DNA of 64,000 nt. It comes from Calditrichia bacterium. GTDB taxonomy: Bacteria > Calditrichota > Calditrichia > JAJRVZ01. The notes below the pieces were generated by a model that saw only the letters and a list, made by a program, of their open reading frames with translations, did no database searches and was not told where the DNA came from. The stretch covers positions 32,001 through 96,000 of the forward strand of contig CAVZSQ010000021.1 of assembly GCA_963777955.1 (NCBI GenBank), in the 5' to 3' direction. Below are positions 1 to 9,768 of the stretch, piece after piece (the first letter of the stretch is position 1; each line of letters starts with the position of its first letter). A program made the position numbers and the translations under genes.

Positions 1-688
1 TATCGAGTACCCTCTGCCGCCAGCTCATCTGGAAGTCTTCGATCCGGGCATGACTGGTATGCAGTACTTTTTTCCCGCTCAACACTTCGACTTCGCGGCC
101 ATCAACGACTTTCAACAAACTATCGATATCAGGTACAACGTAATCAATCACTTTTTGTTGCAGGGCTTCGGTTTCTGTTATATTAACGCTTTCACGTACA
201 GCCTTCTCTGCCCAATCAGCATTACGTCCGCGCTTTTCGGCGACTGATTTAATGCTGGCGACCGCATCATTCACGATTTTTTCAGTCATCACCCTGGAAG
301 AGTCTGAACCTCCGCCAAGATTAACCGGATGGGCCGAACCGATATTGGTACCGGGTGCCATGGCGGCAATATGCGCAGCCATGGTAATGAATACACCTGC
401 CGAAGCGGCACGGGATCCGGAAGGGGAGACATAAACTGCAACCGGTACCTCCGCACCGAGGATCCGTTTAACAATATCATGCATCGAATCCATCAGGCCA
501 CCCGGTGTATCCATTTCTATTATCAATAATTCGGCGCCATCATTTTCCGCCTGCCCGATGGATTCTAGTATAAACTCCCGGGCTACCGGGTTGATCACAC
601 CGTCGATCTTAATCTGATGAACAACTTTATCCTGTGCCCAGCATAAAGCTGATCCCAACAGCAATAAACCGATAATTTTTCTAGTCAT
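1..688 (-). CDS. nfeD: NfeD family membrane-bound serine protease (nodulation efficiency protein D-like); 5' part only, runs off the window edge
   Basis: Not in the ORF track. Manual translation from ATG at 688: MTRKIIGLLLLGSALCWAQDKVVHQIKIDGVINPVA...IIEMDTPGGLMDSM...VYVSPSGSRAASAGVFITMAAHIAAMAPGTNIGSAHPV; these are NfeD ClpP-like domain motifs after a signal peptide. Confidence 0.9.
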   Translation of the reverse strand, partial: MTRKIIGLLLLGSALCWAQDKVVHQIKIDGVINPVAREFILESIGQAENDGAELLIIEMDTPGGLMDSMHDIVKRILGAEVPVAVYVSPSGSRAASAGVFITMAAHIAAMAPGTNIGSAHPVNLGGGSDSSRVMTEKIVNDAVASIKSVAEKRGRNADWAEKAVRESVNITETEALQQKVIDYVVPDIDSLLKVVDGREVEVLSGKKVLHTSHARIEDFQMSWRQRVLD

Positions 689-759
689 ATGTTAATTTTT
701 CAACTTTATTTTAGTCCAAAAAATTATATTACTGCAGTGTTAAAGTCAAGTTAATTATA

Positions 760-784
760 GATCCCGGGTCAAGCCCGGGATGAC
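760..784. repeat. REP-like palindromic element GATCCCGGGTCAAGCCCGGGATGAC
   Basis: ATCCCGGG-TCAAG-CCCGGGAT hairpin with a GTC tag on the minus strand, intergenic. Confidence 0.7.
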
Positions 785-842
785 CTAACAGAGATTGATT
801 CGTCCAGACCTTGAAGGACTTGCAAAGACTAATCACTTTCAC

Positions 843-874
843 TAAGTGCCTCAGTGCCAGAGTGCCTAAGTGCC
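843..874. repeat. 4 x 8-bp tandem repeat (NNAGTGCC)
   Basis: taagtgcc tcagtgcc agagtgcc taagtgcc. Confidence 0.8.
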
Positions 875-887
875 TTTTCTTTAGCCT

Positions 888-1676
888 TTACATTATCGCA
901 TTCACCCTCCCCCCGTCAATCTGAATAGTATTGCCGGTCAGGTAACCGGCCTGATCCGAGCATAAAAAAGTTACCAGCGCTGCTAATTCAGAGGGTTCAC
1001 CGATACGCCGCAGCGGTGTACTCTGCTCCCATTGGGCATATATATCCGCCTGCCGTTCTCCCTGTTCCATTCTTTTCTTTACTATCCGCTCCAGACCATC
1101 GGTACGGTGATAGCCGGGCGCAATATTATGCACCGTGATACCGTGCGGACCGACCTCTTTGGATAAAGATTTGGCTAAACCGATTACCGCAGGACGCAGG
1201 GCATTGGAGTAAACCAGGTTCATGATCGGCTCTTTTACCGACATGGAAGTAATATTGATGATCCGGCCCCGGTTTTGTTTTTTCATCGATGGCAGCACAG
1301 CTTTGATAGCCCAGACCACACTCATAAATGTTATTCTGAAATACTTTTCCCACTCCTGATCCACCGTCTCCTCAAAATTCTTCACCGGCGGTCCGCCGGC
1401 ATTGGTCACCAGGATATCGACTTTTTGCCATTTAGCCAGGACGTCCGCTATGAACGAATCAATCTGATCCTTGAACTCTACATCCACCCGGCCGGGCAGA
1501 ACTTCCACACCGGTCGACTTTTTAATTTCATCAGCCGCCTGCCGAATTTGCTGTACATCGCGGGAACAGATAGCAACTTTACACCCCTCCCTGGCCAGGG
1601 CCAGTGCACAGGCCTTGCCAAATCCTTTACTGGCTGCCAGCACAACGGCTACTCTCTGCTGAAGTCCTAATTCCAT
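888..1676 (-). CDS. SDR family oxidoreductase (3-oxoacyl-ACP reductase-like)
   Basis: AASKGFG Rossmann variant, VTNAGGPP, SNALR, NIAPG, GNTIQIDGG. Confidence 0.9.
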   Translation of the reverse strand: MELGLQQRVAVVLAASKGFGKACALALAREGCKVAICSRDVQQIRQAADEIKKSTGVEVLPGRVDVEFKDQIDSFIADVLAKWQKVDILVTNAGGPPVKNFEETVDQEWEKYFRITFMSVVWAIKAVLPSMKKQNRGRIINITSMSVKEPIMNLVYSNALRPAVIGLAKSLSKEVGPHGITVHNIAPGYHRTDGLERIVKKRMEQGERQADIYAQWEQSTPLRRIGEPSELAALVTFLCSDQAGYLTGNTIQIDGGRVNAIM

Positions 1677-1787
1677 ATGCTTTCTCCTTTGATCATATTT
1701 AATACTTTAAAAAATTGATGTCACGCTTGATCAGCGCTGCGGGAGTACTTCGCTCTAAACTGCCTTTTTACAATTTCTGCGCTTATA

Positions 1788-1816
1788 TTGACATATCCTC
1801 ACTATTTTAATAGATT
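1788..1816 (+). promoter_or_regulatory. sigma70-type promoter of the K+ channel operon
   Basis: TTGACA-17 bp-TAGATT, ending 27 bp before ATG 1844. Confidence 0.55.
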
Positions 1817-1843
1817 TAAACAATACAATTCAAAAATATCTCC

Positions 1844-2992
1844 ATGATAAAATTTTTATCTTTATTGTTGCGGAATACTTTGTTCAGGGTAGCTGTGGGT
1901 ATCGCTGTATTCGCATTTGGCGGTGCCGTACTGGTAATACTATTCGAGAACAAATTTAACACCCAGTTTCAGGCCCTGGGCGATGCCATCTGGTACGTTT
2001 TTGTGACTATGACCACTGTTGGTTATGGCGACAAGGTACCGGTTACCACCGGCGGCAAGGTGATCGGGGTGATGATCATGTTTTTTGGTATGACCATACT
2101 ATCGGTTTTCACCGCTACAATTTCATCCATTTTTGTAGCACGTAAATTAAAAGAGGTGCGAGGATTGGAAGAGATAAAATTAAGAGACCATTTAATCATC
2201 TGCGGCTGGAATCATACCGGTGAACAGATCCTGACTTTCTTCCAGAAGGAAAAGGAAAAAACGGTTCCCATTGTCCTGATCAATCAGTTGAGCGAAGACA
2301 TGATCAATGATATACTCAATCATTTTGCCAATCTGAAGATCAAATTCGTACGCGGGGATTATACCAAGGAAATAATACTCAACCGGGCCAATGCCGGGCA
2401 AGCCCGCGTGGTATTGATTATACCCGACCACAGTTCCGGCTTATCGGCACAGAGTGATGAACGGACCATCCTGGCCACCCTTTCCATTAAAGCCATCAAC
2501 CAGAAGGTCAAAGTTTATGCCCACCTGACCAACCGGGAGAACCTGCCGCATCTTAAAAAAGCCAAGGTGGATGATGTTCTGATCAGCGATGCCTACAGCG
2601 GTTATCTGCTGGCAGCACAGGTGCTGGCGCCGGGTGTCCCGCAAACGATTGAAATGCTTTTCTCGGAAAACGCACCATTCCTGTTTAGACGCCTGGAAAT
2701 TCCTGAGCACATGATCGGGAACTCTTACGGTCAAATGAAACAGGAAACAGAGAAAAATACCGAGACAATCTGTATCGGCCTGGGCCGCGAACAGGAACGG
2801 GTACAGATCTCCGCTATCCTGAGCGACGATTATTCATCCCTGGATCAATTCATTAAAAGGAAATTCGAAGCAGCCGGCCGCGGCCAGGGTGATGAAAAAA
2901 AGACTAATATTCGCATTAATCCATCCGTTAATACAATATTAACAGATAAAGATTTCCTGATTGTCATCACCCCGGGAGAAAAAAGCAAGTGA
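1844..2992 (+). CDS. Potassium channel protein (2TM pore plus RCK/TrkA-N domain)
   Basis: Selectivity filter TMTTVGYGD between two TM helices; RCK Rossmann fold HLIICGWN...FVRGD. Confidence 0.92.
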   Translation: MIKFLSLLLRNTLFRVAVGIAVFAFGGAVLVILFENKFNTQFQALGDAIWYVFVTMTTVGYGDKVPVTTGGKVIGVMIMFFGMTILSVFTATISSIFVARKLKEVRGLEEIKLRDHLIICGWNHTGEQILTFFQKEKEKTVPIVLINQLSEDMINDILNHFANLKIKFVRGDYTKEIILNRANAGQARVVLIIPDHSSGLSAQSDERTILATLSIKAINQKVKVYAHLTNRENLPHLKKAKVDDVLISDAYSGYLLAAQVLAPGVPQTIEMLFSENAPFLFRRLEIPEHMIGNSYGQMKQETEKNTETICIGLGREQERVQISAILSDDYSSLDQFIKRKFEAAGRGQGDEKKTNIRINPSVNTILTDKDFLIVITPGEKSK

Positions 2993-3520
2993 GCTCCGAT
3001 CATAATCTGTCTGACCAGTTATCTTTTTTTCAAAAAGTATCGCTGTTCCAGGATCTTTCCGAGGAACAGATCAAAAAAATAATTCCGATCATGCACGCTG
3101 CTGAGATTGTATCGGGAGGCCTGATCACGCAGGAAGGGGCCAATGAAGATACGGTATTTATACTTATTGAAAGGTGAAGTGGAGATATCCAAGCGTTTAT
3201 TGATGCCCCTGGTTGAAGGCATGAGCGATAAACAGGAAAAGTCGCTGATCAGGCTCTCGGAAAAAGACCATGCTTTTTTTGGGGAGATGGCTTTATTCGA
3301 AGAAAAACCGGAAAGATCGGCATCAATTACGGCTTTAAAAAATTGCAAAGTGGCCATACTTGATAAAAATCAGTTTTTAGGTATTCTGGAGCAGAATCCT
3401 GAAATCGGTTTTATTGTCATCAGGAATATTGCTACCGAATTGACCCGACGGCTGGTGAAAGCGAATAGGGATATCCTGAAATTGACCACGGCATTTAGTC
3501 TTGCGTTAGAAGGTGAATGA
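2989..3520 (+). CDS. Stand-alone cyclic-nucleotide-binding domain protein (one apparent frameshift at ~3155)
   Basis: ORFs 2989-3177 and 3143-3520 join into one cNMP domain: SLFQDLSEEQI...ITQEG...LLKGEVEISK...FFGEMALFEEKPERSASITA; no HTH follows. Confidence 0.85.
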
Positions 3521-5333
3521 ATTGCTGAAACGAGGTAATTTTAAATTTGCCACGGAGGTAGAATATTTTGATTATGTAATGAAAAAATATTTCCGCAAAG
3601 TACCTCCGGTGCCCACGAATATCTATCTGAATTCCCCGCAATCACGCCTTGCGGAACACCGGATGCACATCGCCTCCCTGTGTCATTTTCCTGCAGTGCT
3701 GAATATTCTGATCCGTGATCCGGAATATTCGGTTCAGAGCGCCGCCCGCAATAATGATTTCTGGCCGTTGATCGGAGAATTGCAGGATGTGCTCGGTTTT
3801 GAAAAACGGGAAAGAAAAGAATTCGCCCGGCAGGAAGTTTTCCGGATCATGCTGGTCTTATTGCTGTTTGAAGATGATCTGGATGTATTACGCGAAGTTC
3901 TGCGTAATGCCTCACTCTCCACCCAGATGCTCAATACTTACATCCAGTTATTACAGAGCCGCAGCCGGGGGAAAAAAGACCAGGTAATTTTAAGTGAATC
4001 ACAAAAGATCCTGGCTGAAAAAAAACAACGGATTGTCAAGGCGGCAGAAATCCGCAAAGCTGCAAAAAATTTTGATGAGGCACAGGCCCAGCGCACCCTG
4101 CTGCTGAAACTGGCCGACGAGGATAAAGTCATCCGTAAAGCCGTCAATAATGTCTTACTGGATGTCAAACCTGCGCCACTGCTGCAGTTTATGCGCCTGG
4201 CAGTTCAGGACCAGCTACCCGACACCGCATTAAAGCATTATATTATTCTGACCGAATTATTAAATCTGATTCCCCGCTGCGATGACCTGCGCCAGAAACC
4301 GGTGCGGAGCCTGATCGTCGAAGATCCGCAGGCAGAACTCGAATCCGTTTCCGGTGCCGACTACCTGACCCGTATTCTGAACACCCGCCGGCTGGAATTA
4401 CTGGATGGCTGCCAGGAAGATCTGACCAACTTTCAGAACGTGTTGTTGCTGGCCACCTGTCACGGTGACAGCAATGAAAAGATCCGCAGTGTGGCTGCAG
4501 GAATTTTGAGTCTGGACGATATCTTTGCCCTGGTGAATGACCTGTCCACGCCGCAGCAGCACTTTAAATCCATCCTGGATATCCTCTCCGAACACCCTGA
4601 TGAAGATATCCGCAAGCGGGTCACGGCCACCTATCATAATGAGAGTGAACGCTTATGGAACCGCCTGAAAGAACTGGAACAGAGCATCAATGCCTATTTC
4701 GACATCATCTTTCAGACCCTGGGATTTGACCAGATCAATGAGTACAATATCTCCCTGAAATCGATCGAAGAATCGGAAAAAACAATTAACCATCTGACCC
4801 CCCAGCTGGCAACGGAACTGGACAAGCAACTCCAGACCACACTGTTCACTTTTTCCGAAATTAAAAAACACATCGAGATGCAGATTTACCATATAAATTC
4901 CGCCATCTCCAAGGATATTCTGGAAGAACTTTACCACATCGAAGACATGATCGAACAGATTTTTGAACTGAAGAACTTTGGCAAAGAAGGTCTACGTCCA
5001 GGCGGATTATCAGGTATCGATCCGGAATTGCTTAACCGGGCTCATACCATCTGGCAAAGCGCTCTGGGCCAGTACCTGGGCCGCATCAAGCATCTCAATG
5101 AAATGATCAAGATCAAGTTTTCCATCCTGGCCAAGGAATTTGAGAAGCATGAAAATCTGCAGAATGATTTCAGCGAAGTGGTGGAAGCATTTGAAAAAAT
5201 GCAGAAGGAAACCGTGAACTGCCAGCTGAAAGTCGCCTGCACCCGCTGCGTCCGCCGGGGTTGTGCCGCCGAAAGATTCCTGATCGAAACCGATTTCTTT
5301 ATTAAAGAACTACTTGATAATTTTGTCTCCTGA
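3513..5333 (+). CDS. Hypothetical protein with HEAT/LRV-like repeats, a coiled-coil region and a C-terminal 4-Cys motif
   Basis: 606-aa ORF overlapping the upstream stop; repeats such as LIRDPEYSVQSAA, LADEDKVIRKAV, HGDSNEKIRSVAA, SEHPDEDIRKRV; C-terminal CQLKVACTRCVRRGC. Confidence 0.8.
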   Translation: MNELLKRGNFKFATEVEYFDYVMKKYFRKVPPVPTNIYLNSPQSRLAEHRMHIASLCHFPAVLNILIRDPEYSVQSAARNNDFWPLIGELQDVLGFEKRERKEFARQEVFRIMLVLLLFEDDLDVLREVLRNASLSTQMLNTYIQLLQSRSRGKKDQVILSESQKILAEKKQRIVKAAEIRKAAKNFDEAQAQRTLLLKLADEDKVIRKAVNNVLLDVKPAPLLQFMRLAVQDQLPDTALKHYIILTELLNLIPRCDDLRQKPVRSLIVEDPQAELESVSGADYLTRILNTRRLELLDGCQEDLTNFQNVLLLATCHGDSNEKIRSVAAGILSLDDIFALVNDLSTPQQHFKSILDILSEHPDEDIRKRVTATYHNESERLWNRLKELEQSINAYFDIIFQTLGFDQINEYNISLKSIEESEKTINHLTPQLATELDKQLQTTLFTFSEIKKHIEMQIYHINSAISKDILEELYHIEDMIEQIFELKNFGKEGLRPGGLSGIDPELLNRAHTIWQSALGQYLGRIKHLNEMIKIKFSILAKEFEKHENLQNDFSEVVEAFEKMQKETVNCQLKVACTRCVRRGCAAERFLIETDFFIKELLDNFVS

Positions 5334-5335
5334 TG

Positions 5336-5560
5336 AATTATTACACGGAGACCTTCGGCGGAGCAAACACGGAGTTCCACGGAGGAAGAATATATATAGA
5401 TGGAAACTGGTGATGATCTATAGGCAGATAAATTTGTCAATATTAAAAATATCACAACATAATCCCCAGCATTAATGAACGAATTGTAATTATTAATCCA
5501 GAGATATCTTTCTCCGTGGAACTCCGTGTCTCCTCCGCCGAAGGTCTCCGTGTAATTATT
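5336..5560. mobile_element. MITE-like non-autonomous element: 42-bp terminal inverted repeats flanked by the 7-bp direct repeat AATTATT
   Basis: 5343-5384 matches the reverse complement of 5512-5553 at 40/42 positions; AATTATT at both 5336-5342 and 5554-5560. Confidence 0.7.
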
Positions 5561-5655
5561 TACCCTCACCTCCCGCGATTCGAAAAGTTTTCAATCCACC
5601 ACTGATTTTTTGTATATTAAACTTATTCTTTTGAAGATCGGTTTTCCTGGTCTGA

Positions 5656-5692
5656 AGAGACAAAGAGACAGAGAGACAGAGAGACAAAGAGA
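5656..5692. repeat. ~4.6 x 8-bp tandem repeat AGAGACA(A/G) abutting the valS start codon
   Basis: agagacaa agagacag agagacag agagacaa agaga ATG. Confidence 0.8.
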
Positions 5693-8338
5693 ATGGAAAT
5701 TGCAAAGGTATATAATCCCAAATCGGTCGAAGACAAATGGTATCAATTCTGGCTGGATAAGAACTACTTCGCGGCTAAACCCCATCCGGGCAAGAAACCC
5801 TATGTGATTGTTATTCCACCCCCTAATGTCACTGCCGTGCTGCATGCCGGTCATGCCTTTAATAATGCCCTGCAGGACATTTATATCCGCTGGCGCCGCA
5901 AACAGGGTTATGAAACGCTATGGCAACCGGGCACCGATCATGCCGGTATTGCCACCCAGAACGCCGTGGAAAAAAACCTGGCGCAGCAGAAGATCTCCCG
6001 TCACGATCTGGGCCGGGAAAAATTCGTGGAAAAGGTCTGGGAATGGCGAAATAAATACGGTTCGACCATAATTCATCAATTAAAAAAACTGGGCTGTTCC
6101 TGCGACTGGGCCAGGGAACGCTTTACCATGGATGAAGGGTTGTCCAGGGCGGTCGTCGAAGTTTTCGTGCGTCTTTACGAAAAGGACTTAATTTATAAAG
6201 GTAAATACATTATCAACTGGTGCCCGCGCTGCTCCACTGCCCTTTCCGATGAAGAAGCCGAACATGAAGAAACCCACGGCCACCTGTGGTATTTCAAATA
6301 TCCTTTTAAAAATGGTAAAGGTCACCTCACCGTGGCCACCACCCGGCCCGAAACCATGCTCGGCGATACCGCGGTGGCCGTCCACCCCAAAGATAAACGC
6401 TATAAGAAATACATCGGTAAAAGCGTGATACTTCCGTTAATGAACCGGGAAATACCGGTGGTTGCTGATGATTTTGTAGACCCGGAATTTGGTACCGGTT
6501 GCGTTAAAGTGACACCGGCACATGATCCGAATGACTTCGCTATCGGACAACGTCATAATCTTCAGCAGATCAATATTCTCAATACCGATGGTACACTTAA
6601 CGACAATGCCGGAAAATTTTCGGGACTGGATAGATTTGTCGCCCGCAATCAGATTGTCCAGGAAATGACCAATCTGGATCTGCTGGAAAAAATTGTCAAC
6701 TACCACCATAACGTGGCTCACTGTCACCGCTGCCATACCATGATCGAACCGTATCTTTCCGAACAGTGGTTCGTTAAAATGACTCCCTTGGCCAAACCGG
6801 CCCTGGATGTGGTCAGGGAAGGCAAAGTACGCCTGCATCCGCATGACCGCTGGTATAAAACCTATGAACACTGGATGGAGAATGTACGCGACTGGTGCAT
6901 ATCCCGGCAATTGTGGTGGGGCCACCGCATCCCGGTATACTATTGTGAAGATTGCCAGGAAATGATGGTGCGGCGGGAGACTCCGGCGACCTGTGCCAAA
7001 TGCCACGGCAGCAGGATCCGCCAGGATGAAAATGTTCTGGATACCTGGTTTTCCTCCTGGCTATGGCCGTTTTCCACCCTGGGCTGGCCGGAAAAGAATG
7101 AAGATCTGCAATATTTTTATCCTACCGATCTGCTGGTTACCGCCCCGGATATCATTTTTTTCTGGGTCGCCCGAATGATCATAGCCGGTCTGGAATTTGT
7201 CGGCGAAATTCCTTTCCACGATGTATTGTTCAATGGCGTTGTCCGCGATGAATTCGGCCGGAAAATGAGCAAATCCCTGGGCAACGGCATCGATCCGCTG
7301 GAAATGATCGATCAATTCAGCGCCGATGCAGTACGGTTCACCCTGATCATGCTCAGTTCGGAAGGACAGGATATCAACCTGGCGGTCAATAATTTTGAAA
7401 TGGGACGCAATTTTTCCAATAAAATCTGGAACGCTTATCGCTTCCTGTCGATGAATCCGGAACCGGTCGATACCCGTTTTGAGCAATACCGTAATCATTT
7501 CGAGTTGGCCGATCGCTGGATTCTCAGCAGGTTTCAGCAAATGGTCAGCGGAGTAACCAGCGCGCTGGAAAATTTCAAGGTCAATGAATCCCTGGACACC
7601 CTGTATCATTTCTTCTGGCATGAATACTGCGACTGGTATCTGGAACTGATCAAACCGCGGCTATATCAGAAAGAGGATCCGCTTAAACGTCAGACTGCCC
7701 TGAGCATCGCCCGTCACATCATGAAGCATACCATGAGCCTGTTGCATCCGTACATGCCGTTTATCAGCGAAGAGATCTGGCAGTCGTTCAAGGAAGACAG
7801 CGATGAAAGCGTGGTAATCAGTCCCTGGCCTGAGGCGCGTCCCGATTTGCATGATGAAGTTTCCGAAAAAGATATACTATTTTTACAGAATGTGATTGGT
7901 TCGATCCGCAATATCAGGGCCGAAATGAATGTACCGCCGGGCAAAACTGCACATCTTATTGTTCGCGCTGATCAAAAAGTTCAGAATTTTTTTAAACAAA
8001 ATTCCGGCTCATTGCTGAACCTGGCGAAAATAGATACGATACAGGAGTACACAGCGCAATCCGTTCACGGGGCGGCAGCAACGGCTGTGATCGAAGGCAC
8101 CGAAATATTCCTGCCCCTGGCTGATCTGATCGACCTGGCTAAGGAGCGCCAGCGCCTGAGCAAAGAATTGCAGCGACTGGAAGGTCTGCATAAAAGTCTT
8201 ACGGCTAAACTGGGTAATGAAAAATTTCTGAATCAGGCTCCGCCTGAAATCGTCAAAAGCGAACAGGAAAAATTAGCAAACATTGAAATGAATCTGAAAA
8301 AAGTAAGAGACAATTATAATAATTTAAGCGAGAAATAA
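5693..8338 (+). CDS. valS: Valine--tRNA ligase
   Basis: PPPNVT..LHAGHA (HIGH motif), DWCISRQLWWGHRIP, KMSKS, C-terminal coiled coil. Confidence 0.98.
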   Translation: MEIAKVYNPKSVEDKWYQFWLDKNYFAAKPHPGKKPYVIVIPPPNVTAVLHAGHAFNNALQDIYIRWRRKQGYETLWQPGTDHAGIATQNAVEKNLAQQKISRHDLGREKFVEKVWEWRNKYGSTIIHQLKKLGCSCDWARERFTMDEGLSRAVVEVFVRLYEKDLIYKGKYIINWCPRCSTALSDEEAEHEETHGHLWYFKYPFKNGKGHLTVATTRPETMLGDTAVAVHPKDKRYKKYIGKSVILPLMNREIPVVADDFVDPEFGTGCVKVTPAHDPNDFAIGQRHNLQQINILNTDGTLNDNAGKFSGLDRFVARNQIVQEMTNLDLLEKIVNYHHNVAHCHRCHTMIEPYLSEQWFVKMTPLAKPALDVVREGKVRLHPHDRWYKTYEHWMENVRDWCISRQLWWGHRIPVYYCEDCQEMMVRRETPATCAKCHGSRIRQDENVLDTWFSSWLWPFSTLGWPEKNEDLQYFYPTDLLVTAPDIIFFWVARMIIAGLEFVGEIPFHDVLFNGVVRDEFGRKMSKSLGNGIDPLEMIDQFSADAVRFTLIMLSSEGQDINLAVNNFEMGRNFSNKIWNAYRFLSMNPEPVDTRFEQYRNHFELADRWILSRFQQMVSGVTSALENFKVNESLDTLYHFFWHEYCDWYLELIKPRLYQKEDPLKRQTALSIARHIMKHTMSLLHPYMPFISEEIWQSFKEDSDESVVISPWPEARPDLHDEVSEKDILFLQNVIGSIRNIRAEMNVPPGKTAHLIVRADQKVQNFFKQNSGSLLNLAKIDTIQEYTAQSVHGAAATAVIEGTEIFLPLADLIDLAKERQRLSKELQRLEGLHKSLTAKLGNEKFLNQAPPEIVKSEQEKLANIEMNLKKVRDNYNNLSEK

Positions 8339-8341
8339 GCT

Positions 8342-9695
8342 ATGTTAAAAATTGCATCCTTTATGTTTTTCATTTTCTGTGGTCTGAGCACCTTGTTGGC
8401 CCAGCCGGTTTCCATTACCGTAACCAATAACAATCTGGCTCTGGTCAAGGAAACCAGGATCTTATCATTGCAGCAAGGCAAAAATTTACAACAAATCACC
8501 GACATGCCCGGTTTGCTGGATCCTACCTCGGTTCATATTTTTTCCAAAGCAGGCGAGTTTACCGTACTGGAACAGAATTTCGAATACGACTTGCTCAATG
8601 CCGATAAAATCCTGGACAAAGCCATTGACCGGATCATTACGGTAATCACACCTTCCGGTACTTCCGTACGGGGAAAATTGTTGTCGGCCGACGGTAGTAA
8701 TCTGGTCATTGAAACCGAGAATAAGGAACTGCGCATTATTCCACGCAGTCCCGAGCAGCAGACCTATCTGGAAGATTTTGACCAGCAGGCCTATGGCCTG
8801 ATCACCCGGCCTACGCTGGTCTGGCTGATTGACAGTCAGCAAGCCGGTAAACCTGAAGTTGACCTATCCTACCTGACCAGCGGCCTGGACTGGCATGCCG
8901 AATACATTGCCAACCTGAATGAACAGGATAATGCCATCGATCTGAATGCCTGGGTTTCACTGACCAATTCCTCCGGCAAGACATACAATGATGCCCGTCT
9001 AAAACTCATGGCCGGTGATATTCATCTTGCGGCAGAAGGAGTCCGGGGAGGACAGACTGCGGGATATGGAAGTAGCTTATATGGCCAAGGCACAATTTGA
9101 AGAGAAACAATTTTTTGAATATCATTTATATACCCTGGACAAAAAAACCACCATCAAAAACAATCAGACCAAGCAGATCCAACTTATACCCACAGCCCAT
9201 GCAGCGGTTACCAAAATCTTCAGTTATAATTATCAGAAAGATGCCAGCAAAGTTGCAGTGTTGATTACCACCAGGAATGCTAAAGAGCAGGGACTGGGTA
9301 TCCCGTTGCCCAAGGGCAAGTTGCGGGTCTATAAAAAGGACGGTCCCGATCTGGAGTTTATCGGCGAGGACCAGATCGATCATACACCGAAGGATGAGAA
9401 GATAGAGATTGAGATCGGTCAAGCTTTTGATATCAAGGCTGAGCGAACCGTACTGGAACAGCGGGGTATTTCTGAAAGATCCGAACGTCAGAAAATTCAG
9501 ATCGAACTGCGCAACCATAAAGATCAGGATATTGAGATCCAGGTGACCGAGCCGATATACTGGTATCGCTCCTATGAAATTCAGTCGTCCAATTATCCGC
9601 TTAAATCCAAGGACGCCCGTAAAATTGAGTTTAACGTGCCGGTAAAAGCGAATGGTACCAGCACCCTGGTTTTTGAAATTCTTTACCAATGGTGA
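8342..9695 (+). CDS. DUF4139/DUF4140-type secreted protein (one apparent frameshift at ~9040)
   Basis: Signal peptide; ITVTNNNLALVKETR, VLEQNFEYDL, YLTSGLDWHAEY, then FFEYHLYTL...GIPLPKGKLRVYK...FIGEDQIDHTPKDE in the overlapping frame. Confidence 0.8.
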
Positions 9696-9768
9696 ACCGA
9701 ATAGTAACAATTCCCAGTATTAAGAGGCAATCTCAATTCAGATGTATAGCGAAAGGAAACTTATCTAA

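Noticed and set aside
5336..5560. CACGGAG repeats as a mini CRISPR array
   Set aside because: The repeats are inverted rather than direct, there are no regular unique spacers, and no cas genes are present
5042..5569. 175-aa minus-strand ORF spanning the MITE-like element
   Set aside because: It overlaps the 606-aa gene antisense and reads through repeat arms; no transposase or nuclease motifs
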